From Klebsormidium nitens (taxonomy: Eukaryota; Plantae; Klebsormidiophyceae), in assembly GCA_000708835.1 (NCBI GenBank), contig DF237184.1, forward strand, positions 1 through 64,000: a DNA stretch of 64,000 nucleotides. The letters are read 5' to 3'. Made by a program: the position numbers and the translations under genes. The first letter of the stretch is position 1. The number at the start of each line of letters is the position of its first letter. Shown here piece by piece: positions 1-12,000 of the stretch. The notes beneath the pieces are model-generated. The model saw nothing but the letters and a program-made list of their open reading frames with translations. It made no database searches and had not been told where the DNA came from.

Positions 1-1302
1 GTTCCGTTTGAGTGAGGCTATTGCTAGTGTATAAGCCTAAGGAAACACTCATAAGCGTTGCCTATAATGAACAAGAAAATAACATAACTTGCTTCTAGAG
101 GTAGAATTCGGCGTATACGCCTCGAGTTGCTTATGGTAGTCCTTTGCTCTTTTGGGGACCTGTAGGAGCATAGGATGAGAACCATCGACACAACCCCTAT
201 CCGTACCGGTAAAACGGTCGGATCGTATAATAACACCATTGCGTGACTGCGAGATGGTTTCTCGTGAAACCCGCTATGTACTAACCCTAATTCAAAATGC
301 ACTAATTGGCGCAATTGGCGAAATACAAGGGCCTTCAGCTTGCCGCTTATGCTGCAAGTTACCTTTTCCTTATACAAATCTATGGAACGCAATATGCAGA
401 ATCTCCGAACTCGATTCCCCGAGCCAAAACGGCGATATCGACTGCTTTTTGACCAACTTTGGTCTCAGAACTGCTATCTTAAGACTTATGTGCCTATAAG
501 CGGAATCTTCTGGTAGTTGCGCCGGGTTGGCGAAATAGGGGCTCTGGGCGGAATATTGGCGAAACCCGGGCGAAACCCCAATTGGAGCAATCAATCAGGT
601 TGCGCCACGATCTCTCGATTCACGGGTCTTGACTCTTGAGTCTTGACTCGACGTTTTGAGTGTGGCTTCCATTCTCTACTCTTGGCAAGACTCGGAGTCT
701 TGCCACCGGAGATTCTCCTTGGTTGATTTCTGTCAAGTCGTAGCGCTTACATCAAGAGCGTTGGCAGCTTTGTTTGCAGCTTTCATCTGCGCATTTCACC
801 ATCCTGGGAAGTCTTCTTCGTGTCTGAGAGTGCTAGCATTGAAGACCAGCTGGTATTTTGGATTGATAGTGAGCTGGTTCCAAGCTTAGCCGAAACGCTG
901 TTTAAATGCATCACATCATCATCGATCAACTCCATCATCATTTTGAAACTCATTGCCCCGTGCGTGCAACTTGCCCTTTGGTTCTCTTACAACGTCCATC
1001 AGATGGCAGGTACTTATTCTTATACTTACTAAGCTTTCATTTAGGGTTCTGAATGGCACTTGGTCTTTAAAGATAGTGGTCGGGGCAATCGAGTTTCGCT
1101 GTCAGGAACTGGCACACCTTGCTATTGCACCACTGCCTGATTCCAGATTGTCCGTTGAGTGCAACATTCCTAGAAGCAGAGAGGTGGTGGAATGCTAAGC
1201 CCTCAGGGTGGGCAAGGACTCAATATCACTTAGGGTCTGAGGGGAGCAGAGACGCCCTGGGTCATAAGCTATACACCAAGGCCATAAGAGATACCCGGAG
1301 GG

Positions 1303-3891
1303 ATGGCCGCCGAGGCCAGCCGGCGGCTGCTTACGGATGCGCTCGAGGTGCACCACCCAGGCATCCCGATGGAATACCACCCTCACGAGATGCACCCGCA
1401 CCACCATGACATCAGCGCGTCGTCAGCGCTCCAACACCCGTCCCCTTCCAAGCTCCTCCCGCCCGGCTACCAGGAGCTCCTGAGCTTGGGGGACCAGTTG
1501 CTGGCGTCAGCACAGAAGGGCGTGCCCCCCCCCAGGAAAAAGGCGCGCGCGACGCCGTACAATGCGAGGAAACCGGCGTACAATAAGGTGATTGAGGATA
1601 AGGACGAGGCAGGGAAGAAGCGGATGCGCAAGTCGCTGATGGAGATTAAGAAGTGTTCGCGGAAGGAGGATCCGGAGACGGGGAAGATCAAGGTGAACGA
1701 GAATGGGGCGGCCAAGCGGAGGATGCTGTCGCTCAAGGACAAGGTGAGGGCACTTTTGCTTCCTGAAATTTGTCAATGCTTCAGGTTCAGGAAGTTTAAG
1801 TTGCACATTTTCTGGCGCTGTTCTGATTGTATTGCATCTGAGTAATGAAGAATACCTTTCAGAAATGCTAAGCAAAGTTGTCACCAAAAGGACATTGACC
1901 CAGCGATGGAAAGGGCATAGTGCGTCGTGCAGTTTCTTGGCCCTGATTCTTCTGGCCAATATGTTTCCAAACCTCCAACCTGACGTGGCCCATGTTGCTT
2001 GTAATAATACAATGGTGCTGTCCTGATCGCAAACACCATGTGCTCAGAAAATGGCATTCAGACTAGCCCCAAGTAAAGTGGGCCGCTGGTTGGAAAGCCA
2101 GACACTCATCTACCGAAGCCTTAAATCCCAATCATATCGTCTGGTTCTGAGTACGACTTCTGATAGTATCGAGCAAAGGGCTCTCTTGCTTCTTATTGAA
2201 GCAAGGGGGGACCAACCTCCATTAACTTTGAGGCGCCTTCGTGGACAGCCGGTTCTGGATCTCAGAATGATTAGATGTATGCTGTCGACTACCTATGTGT
2301 GTACAAGTTTTACAATAACCCAGATGCTCATGTTTTTGTTAAAAACATAGAGTCCCTCGGCCGGTCAACAAACGTCAGCCACAGAACCCGATGCAAGTGA
2401 TGCTTATCCCAAGACCTGTTTCGTTGTCAGGTGCTGGAAGTTGCGGAGATGGTGGTCGGCAAGAACGCTGCCGATCTGGTCACGTCGGACGTCGAGATGG
2501 CGCTCTCGTTCGTGCTGGAGCGCAAGATCTACGGCGTGTCAGTGAAGAACGTCCTTGAGCATTTGCCCGAGAAGCACCCGCAGAGCCTTGACGCGATGGA
2601 GAAGCAGTTCCAAAAGAACGTGCGAAGGGTGAGTCTGGGGCTCTTGCATGGTCTGCTAAAAGAAGGGCGGATGAGCAAGTCTCTGCTTTCAATCCTGTCC
2701 TATTTGTATGTATCGGCTGGTTCTCGCAGAACAACACGGTCCTAGTGTGTTTTGCTTCTACTTAACATATCCACATGTAATATTTCTTGATTGCCCCTGA
2801 CGGATGGAACCAGGTAAAGATGAAGTGCAGTCACCTCTCGGCCTTTCGCTCGCAGCACCACTGTCGTTTTGATACCTTGAAGTCCTTATTAGTGACTTAT
2901 CGCCTCCTCGAGTCCGTTTTGAAAGGGGGTCTCAAAGCGAAAATCTTCGCGGGTTTAGTGATGGTGAGGAAAGGGCTCTCCATGCCGTTATTCTGGAACC
3001 TTCTTTGACAGCCCACGAACAATGAAAGGTATGCATAAGACGCGTCTGGGCATTCAGGGCCCATCAATTGGCCATCCAGACTGCCATACGCGAGGCCGTT
3101 TGGTGGTCCTTTCCTTGCCAAGTTGCCAAGCAGCACGTCACTTCCCATCCCTGTACAGGATTTCACGAACGAGAGGATATTCGAGGGTCCCGTCAGCAAG
3201 GCGGGTCTGACAAAGGAGGCGCTGATGGAACTAAAGAAGCTGGACACGCATGACGTCATCGCTGCCACCGGGTAAGCTTGACCCCGTCATCCTTCGCACG
3301 GATCCGAGCAGCACCGCACTGCTTTTTTGGAGGCGGCAATCTGCGTCCGTGAGTGTGATTTTGCAACGCAGTGCGGCGCCACTTATCGCTTTTGTGGGAC
3401 TTTTCCGCCCGTTGACCTGTCCGTTGTTTTACTTACACGCCTCTCACTTAGTTTAAAGAACTCTTCTCCTCACCAGCTCAGCAGCATTTAGTCAGCAGGA
3501 GGCATCGGGTTTGCTTGGTCGTAGAGCTGACTGCCGCTTCTCCACGTCTCCGTACTAGTACGAGCTATCTGGTAGTAACTTCATCTTTCTGCTTGCCAGG
3601 TCGGGTATCAGATCGTTGAAAAAGGGCCCCCCGAAAAAGCGGAAGAGGGTCAAGACAGAGGACGGGCAGGAGGGGGAGATACCGGATCTGGAGGGGCCGC
3701 TCGAAATGGGGGGCGATGCCGAGGTGCCGGGGGGTGAGATGGAGCACGAGGAGGACCCCCACTTAGAGAACGAGGACGTTGACCAGGGGCAACAACTAGA
3801 AGCGGGGGGGCAGCCAGTCCACCCTGGGGACGACGCGCATGCGTTACTGGGGGGGATGGGTCCGGCGCTGAGTCACTACGAAGAGGAGTAG
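1303..3891 (+). CDS. Hypothetical, probably nuclear protein (about 335 aa, 4 exons)
   Basis: Exons 1303-1743, 2431-2628, 3159-3271 and 3600-3891 join in frame through GT-AG junctions (aag|gtgagg, agg|gtgagt, cgg|gtaagc). GC3-rich codon usage, a basic NLS-like PKKRKRVK and an acidic tail. No family recognised; the start codon is uncertain. Confidence 0.6.
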
Positions 3892-4326
3892 GATGCGCCG
3901 CGGTTAGCTGCGTAGAACGCGGTGTCTATGTACATACGAGAACGTGAGTCGTCTGGGCAAATCAGGATTTAAGGAGCGAGGTAGTCGAGGAGCTCAACCT
4001 GCCAGACGGAGGGTGACGTCTGCCTGACGTTCACCACGGAAACACATGGTCTGTTCTTGACGTACGTTGCAAACTACGGCGTCTCAGGCGGCTCTGCCCA
4101 ACAGCAGATTGTGAAGCGAAGGAGCGTAGCCAAGACTTTGGGTTCTGCTGCAACTAGCGTGTCACTCTGAGTGTTAATGAGGATGAGCTTCGCAGAGCCA
4201 GTCCCTGCCAAGGCACGGGCTCAGACATTTCTGAGTCTACACTTTCTCCATTGTTGTCGAACTTCGGAATCGGCGTTCAGTGTGCCTTGTCTTAGGCGTC
4301 CTTTGCACGAGCCCACCCTTTCCTTT

Positions 4327-5075
4327 NNNNNNNNNNNNNNNNNNNNNNNNNNNNNNNNNNNNNNNNNNNNNNNNNNNNNNNNNNNNNNNNNNNNNNNNNN
4401 NNNNNNNNNNNNNNNNNNNNNNNNNNNNNNNNNNNNNNNNNNNNNNNNNNNNNNNNNNNNNNNNNNNNNNNNNNNNNNNNNNNNNNNNNNNNNNNNNNNN
4501 NNNNNNNNNNNNNNNNNNNNNNNNNNNNNNNNNNNNNNNNNNNNNNNNNNNNNNNNNNNNNNNNNNNNNNNNNNNNNNNNNNNNNNNNNNNNNNNNNNNN
4601 NNNNNNNNNNNNNNNNNNNNNNNNNNNNNNNNNNNNNNNNNNNNNNNNNNNNNNNNNNNNNNNNNNNNNNNNNNNNNNNNNNNNNNNNNNNNNNNNNNNN
4701 NNNNNNNNNNNNNNNNNNNNNNNNNNNNNNNNNNNNNNNNNNNNNNNNNNNNNNNNNNNNNNNNNNNNNNNNNNNNNNNNNNNNNNNNNNNNNNNNNNNN
4801 NNNNNNNNNNNNNNNNNNNNNNNNNNNNNNNNNNNNNNNNNNNNNNNNNNNNNNNNNNNNNNNNNNNNNNNNNNNNNNNNNNNNNNNNNNNNNNNNNNNN
4901 NNNNNNNNNNNNNNNNNNNNNNNNNNNNNNNNNNNNNNNNNNNNNNNNNNNNNNNNNNNNNNNNNNNNNNNNNNNNNNNNNNNNNNNNNNNNNNNNNNNN
5001 NNNNNNNNNNNNNNNNNNNNNNNNNNNNNNNNNNNNNNNNNNNNNNNNNNNNNNNNNNNNNNNNNNNNNNNNNNN
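4327..5075. other. Scaffold gap of 749 N flanked by an identical 55-bp sequence
   Basis: 4272-4326 is identical to 5076-5130 (ggcgttcagtgtg...ccctttccttt), typical of unmerged overlapping contig ends. Confidence 0.9.
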
Positions 5076-5768
5076 GGCGTTCAGTGTGCCTTGTCTTAGG
5101 CGTCCTTTGCACGAGCCCACCCTTTCCTTTCTCAATGATTCTTTGAATATGCCATGTATATGTATACGTCCTACCGAAGCGTGGGTAGCCTTGATCCGTC
5201 ACTTGCTCGCAGCTTGAAGTTGCCAATCACAGCCTTCATGCAAACATGCAGGGCTCTTGTTGTGACATGTCGCTCGTGCACTTTCATGGCGCCCGCGGAT
5301 TCGGGCTGATCAGCATGCCTGAAACTGAAAATGTATACTAGCCATTGATTTGAAACTTGCAATGAATAGATTTGATTTGAGGTCGATCCGCGAGAAATTC
5401 GATTTGGACCGTTCAAATCCGGCTACTAAGTGTCCTGCAAGCTCGGACCTTAGCTGGTATGTATACTAGCTGTACATGCATGCGGAACAACGTTGTCATG
5501 TTGAAGCAAGCGTCTGAACTTGAAGCGACCGCTAAGCCGGGGCCACACCTCTTCATATATATGGATATTCGAATTAGATCTGGCTTACGTCGTCCTAGCT
5601 GACTGGTCATTCCCTATCACCCACTGCTTTATCAATATTGAACACAGATACTCCCAGCTATTCTTCCGGCGACTGACCATTCAAAGCCTTGGCGGCTTTC
5701 AGCTTAGGTTCCAATTCGCCCGAGGCGGCCAGAGCCAGCGTGTCTGCGCGGAGGGAAAAGCGACTAGA

Positions 5769-7664
5769 TCACGATGACGTCACTTTCTTGTAGGTGCCAG
5801 CTGTCATCCTAACTTCTTCAAGCCCTTCGTACGTTTGCTTCGTGTACAAATCCAGGCAATCGTCCGCGTCTTCCTCCCTGGCCGGCACAACTTCTGCAGG
5901 ACAGGGGCACAAAAGGCCCTCAGAGATCTCTAACCAACTGGCATCACAACTCAAAGCTTGGAATCCGGTGTTTCTTCGCTCTACAACCAGTGTCAAGCTT
6001 TTTGCGGTTGAAACAGGACTTGAGACGAAACTTCATCAAGAGGTGAAGAGATTGACAAGGTTATAAAGATTGGAAGAATCTTATGTCAACTTTTGTGTTG
6101 AAATCAGGAATCTCAAAGAGAGATTCCCTCTATTTGACGGAATAAACGTGTTGGGGGCTCCAAAAACGCTCACCGTCAGCCCCGCCGATGAAGTCGCCCC
6201 CGATGAAGACGTACGGCACGGTGGGCTGCCCCGTGGCTTTGGTCAGCACGAGCTGCAAGATGTCGCCGTTTTCTGCAACGGCCGGACGGAAAGATGAAGT
6301 GAGCGGAACGAACTTGGAACGGATTTGAACGGAATGGGCACGGCAGAGTGATCACGAGCTGCACAATGTGGCCCTCTGCAAGTGCGAGCGGAACAGACAA
6401 GCGCGAGCAGAACGGAAGAATGGAAGGACTGGATTGGACAAGCATCCGAGGGAGAGAGCAGTAGTCGATACGACCGCCTTCTAAATGCTGAAGTAACTTG
6501 CTACACGACCTCTTCAGGCTTCCATCGCCGTAAATTACGATCTGTGCAGAATGGTGAAGGATCAGAAGAATACCGGCTTTAGAAACCGGCCTCTTCAACC
6601 GAGAAAGCGGCGGAGCAAGAACAGCGGAACGGACTGAATGGGACGGAACGGAAACGGAACGGACGGAACGGACGGAACGGAACGGATCTGGTTGTTTTCT
6701 TACCGACCACGTCCAGGTCCGTCTCCTTGTACTTGGCCCCCAGCTCGTTGAAGAGCACGCGCACCTTCCGGGTGAACGGGCAGTAGGTTTTGCTGAAGCA
6801 CAGGGGGTTACGGCGTTTTACTTAAGAGGATAAGCAGCAGGTCTTGCTCAAAAAAGGGATTAGTGACGTTAGTTTTTCAGCCTCTTTGATTAACCTTGAA
6901 TATTGCAGAGAAGACGAGAAGAACTTTCCCATTTCAACCAGGTTGAACACGGCTTTGGGCTTGACGCGGCAAACGCGAGCAGAAACTCCTCTGAGAATGA
7001 CCAATACCGTGACGCTTCGCGCATCTGGGGATGGCTTTTTTTAATGACCGGCGTGCTGTAGCAATCGAACCTGCTGAAAGGTTTGATTGTCGGGAATCCT
7101 TTTTGCGCTCGACGACCTGGGCAACTTCGAAGGCGTATGAATCCGCAAGTAATTACACAGAGACTCAACCGAGCGCAACTGATCTTCGCAGATTACTTCC
7201 ATGTCCTCTCGAGCATTCCCAACGAACGCAGGTCCTTTCGCATGTGATGCAGGCGTTCAACAACGTCGTGCTGTCTTTGCACACCGTATCAAGCGCATAA
7301 ACAAATTCAGTTGGCCTGGTCTGTGATTGAAGAGGGAGATGCAAAGTCTTTTGCAAGAATCTGCTTTTGTAGAAAGCATAAGTTTTGGCCTTCATCATCA
7401 CCCTAGCGTCTACACTACCCTGCATTTCAAGCATGCAGCGGCCACGTCGGGATCGAGCTCACTGAAGTCAAGAAACATTTCAGAGCAGACAGTCAGCAGA
7501 TGGAGAGAGCAATTTACGCCCAATATCAGGGCTGCATGCAAGCCTCTCAAATGCGTTTCATTCTGCATTCCTCACCCAAACAGTGCGACGGGGTTCGTCT
7601 CCACGACGCCTCTCACGAACTTCAGAGCCGCGGCCGCGGCCGCGCCGACGTTCGACGCCGCCAT
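5769..7664 (-). CDS. Class I-like glutaredoxin with a CPFT active site (4 exons)
   Basis: Exons 7664-7576, 6792-6704, 6272-6174 and 5893-5769 splice in phase to MAASNVG...NPVALFGKTYCPFTRKVRVLFNELGAKYKETDLDVVENGDILQLVLTKATGQPTVPYVFIGGDFIGGAD.... It has the glutaredoxin KTYCP, TVP and FIGG motifs. Confidence 0.87.
6627..6686. repeat. Degenerate (GGAAC/GGAC)n microsatellite in glutaredoxin intron 2
   Basis: Sequence reads gaacggactgaatgggacggaacggaaacggaacggacggaacggacggaacggaacgga. A looser related stretch lies at 6301-6343. Confidence 0.8.
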
Positions 7665-9038
7665 GGACGCTGCCACGTGTCCCGTCAACGGCTCTCTCCC
7701 GCAAGGATCAGAGCGCCTGGAGCGGAGGGCTCACGGAAAGCTCGCGCTTATTGGTGGACGTCACTCTCGAGTTGAGAAGAAGCTCCGGACTAATGGAGCC
7801 TTCTGGAGCAGAGGGCGCGCAAATAATACCAGCTGCTGATCGTTCTGCACATTGAATGGAGACTTTACAAGGGTTTTTAGAATCGAGTTGGATTCACATC
7901 CTAAAAGTGCTGTCAATCACCAGCCTCGAACGGACATGGTGAGAAGTCTGTGGGCTTCCAGCTTTGGTAGCCCACAACCAAAGCGAGGCAGCCGACGCGA
8001 TCGATTTGCAGCACTCGAGCATGAACTCGTCTGATATTACACGTCGGACCGTCGTATCAGTCTGCCACCCGCCCACATCTATGCAGGGCAATGCATGGTC
8101 TCAAGCGTTCGTTAGAAGCACGCAGACTTCGGCGCGACCGCAACCTGTCAAGCTCGTCCGGATGGAAGCTTAGGTTCACCATGCAAGGCATGCAAGGAGA
8201 ATCTCCCTCGCACCCATGCAATTATACCCTGCGCTTTCAGAATAAAGAATTGGCATGCGCAATTAACCAGTGTAAGGCTACCGTGCGCGGTGACCCTAGA
8301 TAGCAGGGCCAGTCGTTGCGTTTTACCGGTAATAACGTAGCAAGGTCATGGCCGCGGTCCGATCGACTGGCTTGCGCTCAAGTCCACATCAGCTGCATCG
8401 AGCTTCTTGCAAAAGGCTCTTTAATCTTTGTTCCTGGTAAAAGGGCGCCGCCATGCCCGCGCAGCGGCCGAAAACGGGCTAATTCATGTTCGTGGATCAG
8501 TTGAAGTGCGCGCCGGGACACTATATAACGTGTCGGATCCCTAATCGAGAGCTGCAGAACTTCATCATATATATAGAGCTAGGACGGTTCTAACACGCAC
8601 AGCTTCAACCATGAAGATCGGGCCTTGCGCATCAATTCAAAGAGATGCATGCTGCACTTGGCGCCGCCTATGAGGTCGGTATCATGCAGATTTGTAGAAG
8701 ATTCAATTCAGTGCACCACGCATTGATGCGCATATTTACTTTGAGTCCGCGAGCCCATGACGTGCAAACGAGCTGCTATAAGACATTGTTCCGTACCTCA
8801 TGACTTAAGGCCACATAAAGACTCTTCTGAGTATCTTTACATTGTAGAAGCTCGCTGAAGTACTTCTGTATACGAGCAAACGGCACATCCCTTCTATTGT
8901 TGTTAGCGCAGCAAACGCGTTCCCCGAGTCGAATCACAGAAATGCCGTCAATAGTTGAAAGCTACTTCGCAAGAACCTCCTGATCGTCTCCTTTGCCAAA
9001 TCAATCACTTCCAGCGCATCCCTCGTCAAGTCCTTGAG

Positions 9039-12000
9039 TCAGGCGCATGCTTCAATCGTTTCCTCGACCCCGCTTTTTCTAAATTGACTTTCGGACCACT
9101 GTGTAATGCTCGTACGCCTGAGCGGACGTCCGCCAAGCGTCGCGGTCTGAGCGTCCGTGATAAAGACGGCGACATAATCGCCGGCATTCGGTTGCACCAT
9201 GGGAGCGCTTGCCAAAAGCCCACCCTCTTCATCCGAGATTGGCTGCTTAGGAAAGATAACCTGAAAAGTGAGGAGCGCCACTTAGACAAGCAGTCTTCGT
9301 CAGCAACTTTTCCCGTGGAATTCAATTACAGACCTTGCTCAGACCCATCGACTGTCATGGAGCACGATAAGCATTGGGTATCGGTCTTCCGGCAACCTTG
9401 GGAAACGAACCCCGGCGCAAACTTACAGAGCAAGCTACGCAAACTTTTGCATTCTTTACAATCTTTAAGTCAGTGGGAAGTCTTGCACACCAATTGGAGA
9501 TCCGCAAGTCTCTCTTGAAGCAGCTTTCTTGAATCGAACCTGCTGCAAAGCTAACAGAACGATTCCAGCGAAACAACCCGTGCAAGGAGGAGGATCTGCA
9601 CGGACCTTGTAATTGCCGTCCGTGGTTCCGACGAGCTCCGTCTCCGGATTCCGCTTGTTGGGGCCCTCCACCAGAACCAGCTGGCACGTGCCCACCTAAG
9701 CACAAAAGGGGCGCTTCATTTCGTCGAAGGAAAATCGCAAAGGCCGGAGAGAGCTTAGGCAAATGGTTTTACAAGCTTGCGAGCGTCAAATTGGAAAGGG
9801 CTTCAAAATCCGCTAAAAGAAAAAGAGGTGGAGTCGGGGACCTGTCCTGGCGGGCAAGCAGGGGAGAAACAGAAACTGGCATGACGCCTTCTCATTTGAA
9901 TCAGGCGTAGGGGTACCGAAAAAGGGCGCAATAGGTGTACCAGTCACCGAGAGATTTCAGAAGGAACCGGTGTGCGGGTTTCAGCCGTCTCAGGAACAAG
10001 CGACGAAGGAGCATTGACCACTGCTTGTCTTCGAAACAGCACCACTTTATGATCATGATCAGACCACCCCCTGCTCTTTCGTTTCGACCCTCAACTAATC
10101 CGGTTTTGTCCAACATCAAAAGGAGGTACAAGGCCTTGAAGGATTCACGTCTGTCCGTAGCTTCGTCAATCTCTTGCCCCATTCACACCCCCTACCTGCG
10201 CTTTTTGCCGCTCGACGGCCCTCCGTCGAAACGTGTCAATAACCTCGGCCAGCCGCCGCTTCTTGACGTCATCTGTGACGTTGTCCTCGAAGCGCCGGTG
10301 GGCGTGCGTTTTTTCTCGGACGCTGTACGCAAACATGTACGCCATGTCGTACCGGACCGCGTCCAGCAGCGACAGCGTGTCCCGGTGATCCGATTCTGTT
10401 TCTTCGCAAAAGCCTGGGCGGAACGGCGGAATAGAGATGAGAATCACCAGCAGATTACAAGACCATAGAAATCTCTGCACAGGACGACACAAGCAACACA
10501 TAAGCCAACTGTACCGGACCCCCGTCCAGCCAGGCAGAGTTTCTCCGTTGTCCGCTATCAAAAGCTGGACGGAGCGGGGGACACGAGCGGAATCCGCCGC
10601 TTCTTGAGTGCACATCGGCGAAGGTCGCTATGCGGGGCTGCCGCCGCTACTCCTACCTGAGATGAAGTCGCTACTGATTGAGATGTCCGGCACCTCCCGT
10701 CGAATCCGGTCGACTAGCGCCAGGTATGCTTCCCGTGTGTAGCCCCGCCGCATGCGCTCCAGCACACTGCGAACTCAGAGAGAGACGACGTCGTCAGCTC
10801 TTTTCTAAAGGGCTTCACCTCCGCGCTAGATCTTGTAAGATCCGTTCTTTGGTCCGACCTGCCGGTTGGAAAGCAACCGAACGTGTGCTCCGCTCAAAAA
10901 AAGGTTGACCTTCTAAGTGGAAAAAACAATCAAGAGCGTGCCCGATCTCAATGAGAGCCGCCACGGAGAGGACTCCCCAGTCGACCATATGTATACAATT
11001 CCTCTGTAACATACTTCTATCATAGGGGTCTCCCGTCAGGAGTAGTCCTGTTAGGCTGCAGCGATCCTCTAATCCTGATTATCTGTGTGGGGAGGTCTCG
11101 TTTGCAATTTTTCTGGTATACCATCCGCTCAGAATCCTGCCAATAAAACAATTCGCCGAAAGGTATCAGGGGAGTTTGCGCTAACTTTGTGCATATTCAA
11201 GCTGATACGAAGGCCTTCACGAAAGGTCGGTAGGGAGCCCCAATACACGATTCTCCTAGAACCCATGCGCCACCCCATAGGGATTACGTAGAAACGGGCC
11301 CAGTCAAGCGAGGGAAGGCGTCGACAGAACAGCTGTCGACGGATGAAGTCAGCAAGCCGTTGCAAGCCAAAAGTGAAAGACCCAGTCCTCAAGTAAAAAA
11401 GCAGTCGCCGAAGAGCACATTACTTTCACCAAAAGCATCGGCAGCACAGCGAACAATAGAAAAAAGCGGTCGCAGACAAGTCCCGTACCTGGAGCTGCCG
11501 CTCTGTGCAGGCAGGTGGATCGCCTTGCACACGTTCGGTCGGTCCCGCAGCAACGCAATCAGCTCATCCGGGAAGTCTTTCGGATGCGGGGAAGTGAACC
11601 GGAACCGCATCTCCGGAAACGCGGCCGAGAGCGTGTCGAGCAAGTGCGCGAAAGTGAGCCCCCCGGTACGGGGCTTGTAGATGGTTTTGAACCCCGGGCT
11701 CAGCTCGGGGGAGGCAAACCGGGTTGGCGAGGGCTGCTCGGAGTGCCCGGGGGAAGGCCCCGGGGAAGAGGCGGGGAAGTGAGAGGGGTTTTGTGAAGCA
11801 GAGAGAGAGTTGGGTTGCTCGGAAGGAGGGGCGGGGGAGGCGAGGTCTCGGTAGCTGTTGACATTCTGCAGAGGTTGAGTTGCAAACTTGGAATCAGGCG
11901 GAGTCGATTATGCCCCATCAGATTCGATGTATAAGTTGACCGTGCAGTAGGTATTGCTAAATCTCAAAGGCTGGGTTGAAAGGGGAATCAATACGACTGT

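Noticed and set aside
4171-5226. Four long ORFs (288-348 aa) and a 55-bp direct repeat that could look like LTRs or a large TSD
   Set aside because: The ORFs are runs of N translated as X. The repeat exactly abuts both gap edges, the signature of unmerged contig overlap.
6822-7004. Possible myristoylated start MGKFFSS for the glutaredoxin
   Set aside because: The exon at 7664-7576 supplies the expected NPVALF strand with a stronger gtgagg donor, so this is treated as intron sequence.
8955-9518. 187-aa plus-strand ORF
   Set aside because: It is the antisense shadow of the last CDK5RAP1 exon and has no recognisable motifs.
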